From Promethearchaeia archaeon (GTDB lineage Archaea; Asgardarchaeota; Lokiarchaeia; Sigyniarchaeales; SOKP01): a DNA stretch of 64,000 nt. The notes below the pieces were generated by a model that had not been told where the DNA came from, made no database searches, and was given only the letters and a program-made list of their open reading frames with translations. A program made the translations under genes and the position numbers. The stretch covers positions 32,001 through 96,000 of the forward strand of contig JAHQWK010000012.1 of the NCBI GenBank assembly GCA_029856145.1, given 5' to 3'. Within the stretch, counting starts at the first letter, position 1; the number at the start of each line of letters is the position of its first letter. Below are positions 9,206 to 19,099 of the stretch, one piece after another.

Positions 9206-10453
9206 ATGACTAAACCTAGGAAAAAATTTAAATATAAACCACTTTCCCTTAAAGATATAATCCGGGAAATGAAGCAAAATATTGATTTAATGATAGATTG
9301 GGCTTATAGTGCAATTAAATTTGGAAGTAAAGAACTTGCTGATGAAGCTTATAAAATGGAACAAAGAATTCATGAGCTTACATTTTTACTCAATTTCCAA
9401 ATTATTCAAGCACATCCAATAGGACTGGATGGAGCAAAAAAATTAGAGCCTATTGTAGTTATGGGATATGCTATTGACAAAATTTCTGATGCTTTATCAG
9501 ATATTGCTAGAGTCGTGTACATTAATAAAGATATATCATATTTTATTCAATTGTTTAGTGATATTAGTTATGTGCCTGAACCAATAGTTAAAATAATTGT
9601 AAATAAAGGGTGTGACTTTATTGGACAAATTAGAAAAGATGTACATTTTAGATCTAAACATGGAGTCGATTTAATTGCAATACATAGAGGAAATAAATGG
9701 TTATTTGAAAGAGATGAAGTAGTATTAACAGATGACATTTTAATTGTTAAAGGAGAGATTCAACCTATTATAGAATTGAAAAAATTGAGTAATGATTTGG
9801 AACCTTTTTCTTTTGATATTGGAGAAAAGGAGAAAGAACAAATAATTGATCTTGATAATGTAGAAATTTGTGAAAAAGTTGAGGAAATTCAAAGAAATTA
9901 TGTTTTAATAACAGATATTTCAGAAACTATGATTGAATTAGCATTAGTAGCATTATTCTTTAATAATGAAGAACTAGCAGAAGATGTTCTAGAAATGGAG
10001 GAATTAATGGATGGGTTAAATATCGCATTAGAAAAAGATCTTTTAGATTTAGCAAAACTGGTAGAAACCCCTCGCGATCTCACAGGAATAATGAGAATTG
10101 TATTTAGCTGTGAACTAATATCTGATGCTGCAGCTCATATTGCAGAAATAATCCTTAAAGGATTTGAACCACATAAGATTTTACAACAAGCTATTCGAGA
10201 AACTGCAGAAATAGTAGTACGAGAAACATTATCTGAAGATTCTTATTTTAAAGGTAAAACATATGACGAATTACAAGATAAACGATATAAACGAGGATTT
10301 CGTATTATTGCTTTAAAGCGAAAAGATAAATGGATTTATCGATTTAAACAGGATTTCATTTTTGAAGAAGATGATCTACTTATAGGGTTAGGACCTTTAG
10401 AAACTGTTATGCAATGGCGAAAATGCGTGAATCCAGAAAAATATAAAGAATAA
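9206..10453 (+). CDS. Tandem PhoU + TrkA-C (RCK_C) domain regulatory protein
   Basis: Two repeats of PhoU-like helices (LMIDWAYSA / MIELALVA) each followed by RCK_C (VDLIAIHRG, RIIALKRK). Co-oriented with the MgtE pair. Confidence 0.85.
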   Translation: MTKPRKKFKYKPLSLKDIIREMKQNIDLMIDWAYSAIKFGSKELADEAYKMEQRIHELTFLLNFQIIQAHPIGLDGAKKLEPIVVMGYAIDKISDALSDIARVVYINKDISYFIQLFSDISYVPEPIVKIIVNKGCDFIGQIRKDVHFRSKHGVDLIAIHRGNKWLFERDEVVLTDDILIVKGEIQPIIELKKLSNDLEPFSFDIGEKEKEQIIDLDNVEICEKVEEIQRNYVLITDISETMIELALVALFFNNEELAEDVLEMEELMDGLNIALEKDLLDLAKLVETPRDLTGIMRIVFSCELISDAAAHIAEIILKGFEPHKILQQAIRETAEIVVRETLSEDSYFKGKTYDELQDKRYKRGFRIIALKRKDKWIYRFKQDFIFEEDDLLIGLGPLETVMQWRKCVNPEKYKE

Positions 10454-10486
10454 TTAAAATAAAAATTTGAATGCTTCAAGAAATTC

Positions 10487-10882
10487 ATGAATAATTTATT
10501 AGAAGTCAGGTTTATATCCGAGAAGAGGGGTAAAGGAGTTTTTGCGAAAAAGAATATAGAAAAGGATACAATTATAGATTTTGCCCATATCGTCCCAATT
10601 CCAAATAGAGATTATAAAAAAATTAAAAAAACAATTTTATTTAATTATTGCTATATTTGGGAAGATCCAAAACATAAACCCGAATTTACAAATGCAATTT
10701 CGCTCAGTATAAGTCAATTTATAAATCATTCTTATGAACCAAATGTTAAATATATGTACGATTATGAGAATAAAGCAATAGAATTTTCTTCAATTAGACA
10801 TATTTCTCAAGGAGAAGAATTACTTGTAAATTACAATGGATTAATTAATGATAAAAGTCCTGTTTGGTTTGATGTAGAATAA
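10487..10882 (+). CDS. SET domain lysine methyltransferase family protein
   Basis: GKGVFA, FINHSYEPN, GEELLVNY. Confidence 0.9.
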   Translation: MNNLLEVRFISEKRGKGVFAKKNIEKDTIIDFAHIVPIPNRDYKKIKKTILFNYCYIWEDPKHKPEFTNAISLSISQFINHSYEPNVKYMYDYENKAIEFSSIRHISQGEELLVNYNGLINDKSPVWFDVE

Positions 10883-10996
10883 TCTATATACCTAATAATA
10901 TAATTGTTTTAATTAAGAAATCACAATTATGGTAAAAAATTTAATTAAAAAACCTCCTATTATAACTATATAATTTGTCAGTGTGGTGAAGTCTCA

Positions 10997-11395
10997 TTGA
11001 ATAAGCTAATAGAGGTAAAAAATATCTCTGCAAAAAAAGGGAAAGGAGTATTTGCTAAAAAGAATATAGGAAAGGGAACAAAGATAGATATTGCTCATAT
11101 CATCCTTATTTCTAATAAAGAATGGGATTTAATTGAAGACACTGTTTTATCTAATTATTCTTATGAATGGGACGATCCTAATTGTAAAGGAGAATATGAA
11201 TCAGCAATATCCTTAAGTGTTAGCCAGTTTATAAATCATTCTTATAATCCGAATGTGAAATACGTCTACGATTATAAAAATAAATGTATTGAATATATTA
11301 CAATTCAAGATATTTCTAAAGACGAGGAAATAACAGTAAATTACAATGGAGAACCCTTGAATAAATCTCCTATATGGTTTAAGGTAGAAGAATGA
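10997..11395 (+). CDS. SET domain lysine methyltransferase family protein (tandem paralogue)
   Basis: GKGVFA, FINHSYNPN, DEEITVNY. Confidence 0.9.
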   Translation: MNKLIEVKNISAKKGKGVFAKKNIGKGTKIDIAHIILISNKEWDLIEDTVLSNYSYEWDDPNCKGEYESAISLSVSQFINHSYNPNVKYVYDYKNKCIEYITIQDISKDEEITVNYNGEPLNKSPIWFKVEE

Positions 11396-12277
11396 TTATT
11401 TTTTTCTTAACGATTTAAGTGTTTTCAAATTCATAATATCTTCCTTCAAATCTTTGCCTTTCGGAGTTTCTAAAATACCTGGCATATTTCTAAATCTTTC
11501 ATCATTAATGAAAAAACCAAATGGTTCTTTTCCTATTTTTCCTTGACCAATATGAGTATGTCTATCTACTCTCGAGCCACATTCCTTATCTGTATCATTT
11601 AAATGAAATGCAAAAAGATATTTTAAACCAATAATATCATCAAATTCATTCCACATTTCTTCATACCCTTTTTTTGTTGTAAAATCGTATCCTGCGGCAA
11701 AGACATGAGCAGTGTCAAAACAGATTCCAATTCTATTTTTATTTTGTATTTTAGCTATTATCGTTTTAAAATGATGGAATTTATTACCTAAACCTTTCCC
11801 TTGACCAGCAGTAGTTTCAAGTAGTATAATAACTTTTGAGGATATTGTTGACTCTATCAATTTATTTATATGATCAGCAATTTGAGTCAATGCTTCTAAT
11901 TTAGTAATTTCCTTTTTATCACTTATAGGAATAACTCCAGGGTGCATATTTTCGTATTCTATAGTTAACTGATCTACTTTTGTTAGCTCGTCAATCATAG
12001 CATTATATGATTTTTCTAATTTTTCCTTGTCTAAGCTAGCCAAGTTTACTAAATAACTATTATGAGAAATAACAGGCCATATCTCATCTTTCAATTCTTC
12101 CTTCTTATTTATAAAATCACCAATCTCTTTTTGCTTTAAGGGGCCAGAGGTCCAACCACGTACATTTCTAACAAAAACTTGAATTGCTTCACAACCTAAT
12201 TCTTTGCCGCTCTCGAATGCCATATATTTTCCTCCTGAAACACTCATGTGTGCGCCAATTCTCAATAAAATCACCAA
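11396..12277 (-). CDS. nfo: Endonuclease IV (AP endonuclease)
   Basis: IGAHMSVSGG, LETTAGQG, CFDTAHVFAAGYD, HLND, DRHTHIGQG, ILETP. Confidence 0.95.
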   Translation of the reverse strand: MVILLRIGAHMSVSGGKYMAFESGKELGCEAIQVFVRNVRGWTSGPLKQKEIGDFINKKEELKDEIWPVISHNSYLVNLASLDKEKLEKSYNAMIDELTKVDQLTIEYENMHPGVIPISDKKEITKLEALTQIADHINKLIESTISSKVIILLETTAGQGKGLGNKFHHFKTIIAKIQNKNRIGICFDTAHVFAAGYDFTTKKGYEEMWNEFDDIIGLKYLFAFHLNDTDKECGSRVDRHTHIGQGKIGKEPFGFFINDERFRNMPGILETPKGKDLKEDIMNLKTLKSLRKK

Positions 12278-12390
12278 ATTGATTAGTGTTTTTTGTTTAG
12301 TATATTATATATACTTTATTTTCTTTTTTATTGATTAAATTTATTTGATAAATCCAATTTTAATTAAATAAAAGAAAATATGCTTTCAAA

Positions 12391-13038
12391 TTGATTATGA
12401 GTGAATTTTATCATCTTAAACATTTGCAAAAAGACCAAATTGAAGCAGCAAGTAGAGTGGCCGCTCGTGCATTCTACAATGATCCTTTATTCGTTTATTG
12501 TTTTCCAGATCCTATTGAAAGAAAGATTAAAAGTGTTACTCACTGCGAATTGCTGATTTTAGCTGGAATTTTATCCGGTGAAGTATATATTACATCAAGT
12601 GATATTGAAGGTGTTGCTGTGTGGCATCCTCATGGAATAAAAGATCAGAAAATGGGGAAACAATCCAAGGAGATCATTAGAAGATTGCGAAAAGTCAAAA
12701 GAGAGAATCTTTCAGATCCTTTATTTATAGAGAGAATGGGTATCTTTAATGAAATTGTTAATTCATTTCAAAATGAACATGTGAATTTTTCTCATTGGTA
12801 TTTAAGCATTATTGGCCTAGATCCTATACATCAAGGAAAGGGCTATGCCAGTAAGTTATTAAAAATGAAACTTGCTGAAATTGATAAGCAAAACTTACCT
12901 TGTTATTTACATACTGAAAATGGAAAAAATATTCAAATCTATGAGCATTTTGGATTTGAACTTGTTGGAAAAACAAAGGTTCCTAATTCTAATTTTTATT
13001 TTCATGGAATGCTTCGAAATAAGAAAAAAGTTGATTAG
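12391..13038 (+). CDS. GNAT family N-acetyltransferase
   Basis: WYLSIIGLDPIHQGKGYA acetyl-CoA motif, and YEHFGF. Confidence 0.9.
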   Translation: MIMSEFYHLKHLQKDQIEAASRVAARAFYNDPLFVYCFPDPIERKIKSVTHCELLILAGILSGEVYITSSDIEGVAVWHPHGIKDQKMGKQSKEIIRRLRKVKRENLSDPLFIERMGIFNEIVNSFQNEHVNFSHWYLSIIGLDPIHQGKGYASKLLKMKLAEIDKQNLPCYLHTENGKNIQIYEHFGFELVGKTKVPNSNFYFHGMLRNKKKVD

Positions 13039-14765
13039 AAGTTATGTTCATCTAATCTTTTCCAAAAATTTTCTAATTCTGCTTTTTCAAAAGTAAACTT
13101 CAAACCTATTGGTTCAGACTGTTCTTCTCTGAAAAATTCAGGCACTTTATTCATTTCTTGTGTAATCCCTGCCTTGTTATTAAACTTAATTTCAGTTTTT
13201 ATAATTTCTATTCCAATTTTGATTACATCATCTCTAGTTAAAGTTAAATTATACATGGCATTAATTGCATTCGCTATTATTTCCATGTTTTCATAGCTTG
13301 GGCCAATAAAATAACAACAGCCCATAGAATCCAAAATTGCTGTATAAATCTGTAGTTCGAAAGATAAATCAAGTTTATTCTCATTTTCAGTTAATTCTCC
13401 ATAGTTTTTATGTTGACTTGGAACTCTTCCGGCAATAGCTGCTCCAGCAGTATGGTCTGCTCCTTGAGGGGAGGTTACGTAAGTAACTCCCATTGCTTTA
13501 AAGACTCTACTATCATAAGCGGAAATTCCTTGCCCTTTAACTTGAGGAATTCGCTTTGCATTAAGTTTTTCTCCAATAATTTTAACACCATTGCTATATA
13601 ATTGCCCTTCTTCCGTATTATTTCTTATTTCATCATCCAAGATTTTAAAAACTTTTTCGGCATTTCCCCACTCTACTTTTCCACAATCCATAGCAACACC
13701 AACTGTTCCACCAAACTCAATTGTATCAAGCCCTAAATCATCACAAAGATGATCAATTTTAGCTAAACTATCTAAATCGTCAATCATCAAATTACTGCCA
13801 TTTAAAGCCATTGTTTCATATTCTAGACTTGATGTAAGATGATTCCCTTGCTCATCAACAACTAGATTTGAACATTTTATTACACATGTGGGAGAACAAG
13901 CTAATCTCTTTTTACCTCCTCTCGCAACTACAAGTTCATGAAGTCTTTCTCCTGAAATATTATCAATTTTATCATAAGATCCCATTTGAAAATTTTTTGT
14001 AGGTATACCTCCGTATCCACTCATACCCTTCATCATTAAAGAGGTACCAAATGTAGAAAACACTTCTTTCGAAGAAGCCAATTGTTTAGCAAATGGTTTA
14101 GATCCTTCTCTGAATTTTTTAATATCATGCATTTTTACTTTGGAAGTTTTTGAGGGAATTATCACTATTGCTTTAATTCTTTTAGAACCCATTACAGCTC
14201 CTAATCCACCCCTAGCAGCATGTCTACTTGGGTATCCTTCCAAATCATTTGCCGCTACTGTAGCTGATTTCATCAAATGTTCACCCGCAGGGCCAATAGA
14301 GTAAATACCAATATTTTCTCCATATTTTTGTTTTAATTTCGAATATAGTTCATAATTACCTAAACCTTTATATTCTTCTGCTGACAGAATCTTAATACCA
14401 TACTCATCAATTAAGATAAGTTTTAATAGTAGTGATATATCTTCTAGCACTATTGCTCTAATACCATGTCTTGCTAACATCATGGCAGGTCTTCCCCCTA
14501 CATTGGCTTCTTTTATCCCATTAGTTAAAGGACTTTTCGCTCCTACTGATGTACGTGCAGAACAAGGAAATGGACTGCCAGCAAGAATTCCATTGGCAAG
14601 AATTAATTTATTTTCGTTTCCTAAAGGATTACATAATGGTGGTACTTCATCATGAATAATCTGAGAACTCAACCCTCTAGCACCACGTAATAAATATTTT
14701 GAATTTGGAGTAATTTCTTCAAATTGAATATCTTCATTCTCAATGTTTATTCTTACTATTTTCAT
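13035..14765 (-). CDS. aor: Aldehyde:ferredoxin oxidoreductase (tungsten-pterin family)
   Basis: KSPLT, IGPAGE, ARGGLGAVMGSK, CSPTCVIKC, LEYET, CDDLGLDTIE. Confidence 0.92.
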   Translation of the reverse strand: MKIVRINIENEDIQFEEITPNSKYLLRGARGLSSQIIHDEVPPLCNPLGNENKLILANGILAGSPFPCSARTSVGAKSPLTNGIKEANVGGRPAMMLARHGIRAIVLEDISLLLKLILIDEYGIKILSAEEYKGLGNYELYSKLKQKYGENIGIYSIGPAGEHLMKSATVAANDLEGYPSRHAARGGLGAVMGSKRIKAIVIIPSKTSKVKMHDIKKFREGSKPFAKQLASSKEVFSTFGTSLMMKGMSGYGGIPTKNFQMGSYDKIDNISGERLHELVVARGGKKRLACSPTCVIKCSNLVVDEQGNHLTSSLEYETMALNGSNLMIDDLDSLAKIDHLCDDLGLDTIEFGGTVGVAMDCGKVEWGNAEKVFKILDDEIRNNTEEGQLYSNGVKIIGEKLNAKRIPQVKGQGISAYDSRVFKAMGVTYVTSPQGADHTAGAAIAGRVPSQHKNYGELTENENKLDLSFELQIYTAILDSMGCCYFIGPSYENMEIIANAINAMYNLTLTRDDVIKIGIEIIKTEIKFNNKAGITQEMNKVPEFFREEQSEPIGLKFTFEKAELENFWKRLDEHNF

Positions 14766-14830
14766 AGTTGAACAATAATAGCTAAAATTATTTTATCTTT
14801 TCTCTTATATCTTTTATGTATGGATGAAAT

Positions 14831-14902
14831 TGATCTCAGTATTATTTTACTTTTTAAAAATAATTCGAGATTAAAATATCGAGAGATCTCAGATTATTTA
14901 GA
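14831..14902. repeat. Cluster of ATCTCAG(T)ATTATTT-like half-sites upstream of aor
   Basis: Exact 17-mer at 14831-14847, an inverted variant AAATAATTCGAGAT near 14858-14871, and a direct variant GATCTCAGATTATTTAGA at 14885-14902. Confidence 0.5.
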
Positions 14903-14934
14903 ATTATCTGTGAAAGTAATCTATTCTTCTGTAT

Positions 14935-16068
14935 CTATTTGATTCTTCTTATTTTTCCATAATCTTTGTCTTCTTTCCTTTGTTCTTGAAGAAAGGCTTT
15001 TCTCTTAGAAATAGCTTGGTACAATTCTGGAAGATTTTCAGGAGGTATAGATTCTGTTGATTTTTTTACTAACTGTCGCGCTTTATTAGGACAAGTTGGG
15101 ACACAAACTCCACATCCAATACAATAGCCTAGATTAACTTCACAAATCCCATTCTCATTAATTTTATTCGCGTCCATATGGCATCTAGTAATACATTCGT
15201 TGCATCCTGAACATTTCTTCTCATCAATTTCTACGAAATAATTTGAATTAATATATTGAGCGGGATTGACATATTTTTTAAGATTATTGAGGACCACACA
15301 AGAACATCCACAACAGGAACATATCATAAATGGTTTTTGGGCATTACTAGGGCAAATTACCATTCCCTTGTCTTGTGTCATTCGCAATATTTCAAGTGCT
15401 TCTTCTTTTGTAATCTCACGACCTTGTTCAAGAAAAATCCGTGGATTAACACCAATTGAAATACAAGTTTCTATTGGATGATCACAACCTTGTCCTTGAA
15501 CTTCTTTTGATTGTCTACATATGCAAGGGCATAAGTATAATGTTTTATCAACCTTATCTATTATAGTTTTAATCTCATCAAAATTAGAAACATTATATTC
15601 CAGACTGATACTTTTCTCTATGGGAATGGTTCTCATTTGTATAATACCATTTTCTAACATTGCAGATACAAACCCTTCATCCATGTATTGGTCAAGATCT
15701 TCAGAAAAATCTTTAGTTAGTTTATCTATTTGATAATCATAAAATCCTACCATTAAAAAAGCGATAGAATAATAATTTGTTCCATCTCTTCTTCGAATCC
15801 AATTAATTGATCCTTTTTTCGCTAATGTTAGAAGTGCTTCCGAGAATTGCTCTATTGTCCAACCTTTCTTTTTGAAAGGTCTAAACATTGCCCTTGGTTC
15901 TTGAGGTATAATCTTTAGATTTAACGCAATTTCAGCTTCTTGAGGAGTAAATAGATGTTTTAAAATCCTAATTTCTACACCAGATTTCGTCTCTGGATAA
16001 TCAATTGGAAGAGAATCTAAATATTTCTGAAGCTTTCGATAAATTAATTCTTCACTATTGGAACTCAT
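14935..16068 (-). CDS. 4Fe-4S dicluster domain protein with N-terminal HTH-like region
   Basis: CICR, ICSCCGCSC and two C-terminal CxxCxxCxxxC ferredoxin motifs. Confidence 0.88.
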   Translation of the reverse strand: MSSNSEELIYRKLQKYLDSLPIDYPETKSGVEIRILKHLFTPQEAEIALNLKIIPQEPRAMFRPFKKKGWTIEQFSEALLTLAKKGSINWIRRRDGTNYYSIAFLMVGFYDYQIDKLTKDFSEDLDQYMDEGFVSAMLENGIIQMRTIPIEKSISLEYNVSNFDEIKTIIDKVDKTLYLCPCICRQSKEVQGQGCDHPIETCISIGVNPRIFLEQGREITKEEALEILRMTQDKGMVICPSNAQKPFMICSCCGCSCVVLNNLKKYVNPAQYINSNYFVEIDEKKCSGCNECITRCHMDANKINENGICEVNLGYCIGCGVCVPTCPNKARQLVKKSTESIPPENLPELYQAISKRKAFLQEQRKEDKDYGKIRRIK

Positions 16069-16261
16069 AGAAATTACTTATTTTTTATTTTATAAAAATT
16101 TGTCACTTAGATTTCTTTTGATCTAAATTCTAATAATTGAAATTATTTTATTATTAGTTCAATTTTAGATGAATATTTTCCCATTATTTTCCCCTAATTA
16201 ATAAAATTGAAGAAGTATTTGTATCTTTTTTTTCAAAAAGTATTAAAAATTTTCAGATCGT

Positions 16262-16277
16262 AACAAAGATTTATAAA
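16262..16277 (+). promoter_or_regulatory. Putative BRE/TATA box of tfb
   Basis: Purine-rich AACAAAGA followed by TTTATAAA (16270-16277), about 110 nt upstream of the ATG. The AT-rich background limits certainty. Confidence 0.4.
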
Positions 16278-16388
16278 GCCAACTTTCGTATATTAGCATA
16301 TCACGGATATTAAATTATTATTAAAATTTTAATAACAGTGATGTGTGTAGTTGACGCTTTTTTAGCAACTTATTACTTGTGAAAAATC

Positions 16389-17315
16389 ATGAATGAACAG
16401 TATCGTACTTTTTTGAAAAATAACAAAATCGATGAAAATTCAATCCCTCAAACTAAATGTTGTAAAAATCCATTTATCGAATCTAGGGATGGCAATAAAG
16501 TTTGTTTAAATTGTGGGGTAATCTTTGAGAGAACCTACGTTGGAAATGAACGAAGAGCCTACACAATTGAAGAAATACAGAGCCGTCGCAGAACAGAACC
16601 GCGCTGGAGGGATTTTGGACCCAGAACTATGCTCCCGACGACTAAAACAGATAGTAAAGGCAAAAGTATTGGCGCTAAGGAGCAAGCTCTTTTCTCTCGT
16701 CTCTCGAAAATTCAGAATTCGCTAATTTCAAGTATTGAAAGAAACTTTTGGGAAGCAAAGCCAAAATTAAAAATGTTAACATCGAAACTCAATGTACCCG
16801 AATATATAGCAGAAACAGCTTGGAAGATATATAGCTTGGTTGCAAAAAAGAAATTAACAATGGGGAGATCAATAAATGGATTTATTTCAGGATCGCTATA
16901 TGCTGCTATTCGCGTTCATGACTTTCCACGGCTTTTAGATGAAATATGTGAAGCATCATTAACTCCAAGGAGGACAGTTCATAGAAGTCTAGCGATGATT
17001 ATTCGTGAGGTATTACCTGAGCTTAAATTAAGATATCAACCAATTACTGCTGAATGTTTAGTATTCCGTTTTGGTAATGAATTAGATTTACCGATATCAA
17101 TACAAAAAAACGCAATAAATATGTTAAAAGATGCATCAAGAAATGGTTTAAAACGAACTGGGAAAGATCCAAAGGGTTTAGCTGCTGCTTGCATATATAT
17201 CGCAGCTAAGAATGGTTTAATCCGTAAAACACAATCACTCGTAGCTAACGTAGCAAAGATCACAGAGGTTACATTGCGATCTCGTGCTAAACAAATAAAG
17301 AGTAAATTATCTTAA
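16389..17315 (+). CDS. tfb: Transcription initiation factor IIB (TFB)
   Basis: Zinc ribbon (CC...VCLNCG), ERRAY, two cyclin repeats (MGRS, GKDPKGLAAACIY, TEVTLRSR). Confidence 0.95.
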   Translation: MNEQYRTFLKNNKIDENSIPQTKCCKNPFIESRDGNKVCLNCGVIFERTYVGNERRAYTIEEIQSRRRTEPRWRDFGPRTMLPTTKTDSKGKSIGAKEQALFSRLSKIQNSLISSIERNFWEAKPKLKMLTSKLNVPEYIAETAWKIYSLVAKKKLTMGRSINGFISGSLYAAIRVHDFPRLLDEICEASLTPRRTVHRSLAMIIREVLPELKLRYQPITAECLVFRFGNELDLPISIQKNAINMLKDASRNGLKRTGKDPKGLAAACIYIAAKNGLIRKTQSLVANVAKITEVTLRSRAKQIKSKLS

Positions 17316-17338
17316 ATTTTTTTTGTTATTTTGATTAT

Positions 17339-17908
17339 TTAATCATGTTTTTCAGCTTCTTCTTGTAAGAGAGACCATTTTATACCAACTGCAGTTATGC
17401 ATAATCCAAGAAGTAACAAAAAGCAATTCACTGAAATAAAGAAAACCCAAAATATCGCGGGCATAATTGAGGTGATAGAAATACTAAAAAGAGCATTTTG
17501 AAACGAAATAGTCGTAAACGTTGTGCTGATATTAGTTTTCCCTAATAACACTAAGAAGTCCATTTTAACAAAAGCTCCTAATAAACCTACCATCCCGATG
17601 ATAATAATAAGCTTTGTTAATGGCTTGCTTTCAATATTTTTTTTTGAAGAGACTTTAAATATGAAAATCCCCAGAATTAAAAAACAAAACATTGAGATAA
17701 TTACAAATAACCATAATAATGTCCCTGAAAATGGAAAGATCGTGGAAGAGTAAACAAATTCCGATAATAAGATGGTATTTCCATCCAGAATAAAGGGCGT
17801 AAAATTTAATAATACTATATAAGCTACCTCGATTAAAGAAATTATTATTAATATTGAACCAACGATTTCAAGAAATTTAAGAACTTTTTCATATTTCATA
17901 TTTAACAC
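17339..17908 (-). CDS. Four-TM hypothetical membrane protein
   Basis: Four hydrophobic segments in 189 aa. Confidence 0.7.
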   Translation of the reverse strand: MLNMKYEKVLKFLEIVGSILIIISLIEVAYIVLLNFTPFILDGNTILLSEFVYSSTIFPFSGTLLWLFVIISMFCFLILGIFIFKVSSKKNIESKPLTKLIIIIGMVGLLGAFVKMDFLVLLGKTNISTTFTTISFQNALFSISITSIMPAIFWVFFISVNCFLLLLGLCITAVGIKWSLLQEEAEKHD

Positions 17909-18049
17909 ATTTAAATCTTTTAAAAAAGCAAGAAAATTTTTTATGTAATTATACTTATTATTGTTTTTGAAATTAATAAAAATTTTTAATATTATTGTTT
18001 TTTAATCAAATCTATTTAATTATAATTAATCTTTCATAAATGTTTTATA

Positions 18050-19015
18050 TTGAAAAAGAAAAAAAAATCTGATTCGGAAATCTCAAATTGTTCTCATAAA
18101 AATATGAAACAAGACAGTGGATTTATTGTTTGCCAAGATTGTGGACTGATTATGGAAGATAATGTAGCTTTTGAAGATACCGTATCAACCAGTGATTTTT
18201 TTACAGATTCCCAGAGAGATTACGAAAGAAGAATCAGAGTAAGTGATTCAAAAGCACTCCAAGATCCTGTCATTAAAGAGAAATATGACCGAATTAAAAC
18301 TCTTGAAAAATGGTTCAGAGACTATGAATCTGATTTTACTGAACAAAAAAAAACAATTGAATTACTAAAAAGCCATGGAATTGGATTAAACATTGATAAC
18401 GTTAAAAATAAGGAAATTAAGGATCGATATTTGAAGTATAATAAATATCACCGCCATAATTATCAAAATATGGTGATAATTTTTCTAGCAATTGTATGGA
18501 TGCAAATAAAGGACACTACAAATATTAGGATTGAGCAATTCATTAATGTTTCTAGGGAATTAGGTCATAAAATAAATAAAAAGATGTTAAATAATGCTAT
18601 GTTAAAAATCAAACGAACTGAAAAGATATTTAAAGAGAAGAAGAGTACTAAAGAACTAGAGAATGAGATTAAAAATAAAATCAAAATTGTCTTTCAGAAA
18701 GACTTAAATCATATTCCGTACGAGAAAGTCCAAGAGTTTTTTTTCAATAAAGGTGAATATGAAAAAACTAAAATCGATATGCAGTTATTAGCTGACAAAA
18801 TATTGAATAAAATCTCTTATCGCCAGATTCAGAGTCTTAATTACAAAGCTTTTACTGCTGGATTAATTTATTATATAGGGCAAACTCTTGAAAACAGAAA
18901 AATTTTCACTCAAAGTCTAGTAGAAAGTACTAGTAAATTTTCAAGTACGACAATTCGGAAAAGATATCACGTTCTAAAAGATCTCTTAGGAGATCCTCAA
19001 GCACTTAACATCTGA
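18050..19015 (+). CDS. Divergent TFIIB-like protein
   Basis: CSH...VCQDCG zinc ribbon and a C-terminal cyclin-like repeat (AGLIYY...TQSLV...SSTTIRKRY). Confidence 0.75.
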   Translation: MKKKKKSDSEISNCSHKNMKQDSGFIVCQDCGLIMEDNVAFEDTVSTSDFFTDSQRDYERRIRVSDSKALQDPVIKEKYDRIKTLEKWFRDYESDFTEQKKTIELLKSHGIGLNIDNVKNKEIKDRYLKYNKYHRHNYQNMVIIFLAIVWMQIKDTTNIRIEQFINVSRELGHKINKKMLNNAMLKIKRTEKIFKEKKSTKELENEIKNKIKIVFQKDLNHIPYEKVQEFFFNKGEYEKTKIDMQLLADKILNKISYRQIQSLNYKAFTAGLIYYIGQTLENRKIFTQSLVESTSKFSSTTIRKRYHVLKDLLGDPQALNI

Positions 19016-19099
19016 TTTGAATAACAATTTCTTAAGCCTAAATCCTTAATAACCTTACAAACAATATTAAATAATATTTATATTAGAATCACAGTTTAA

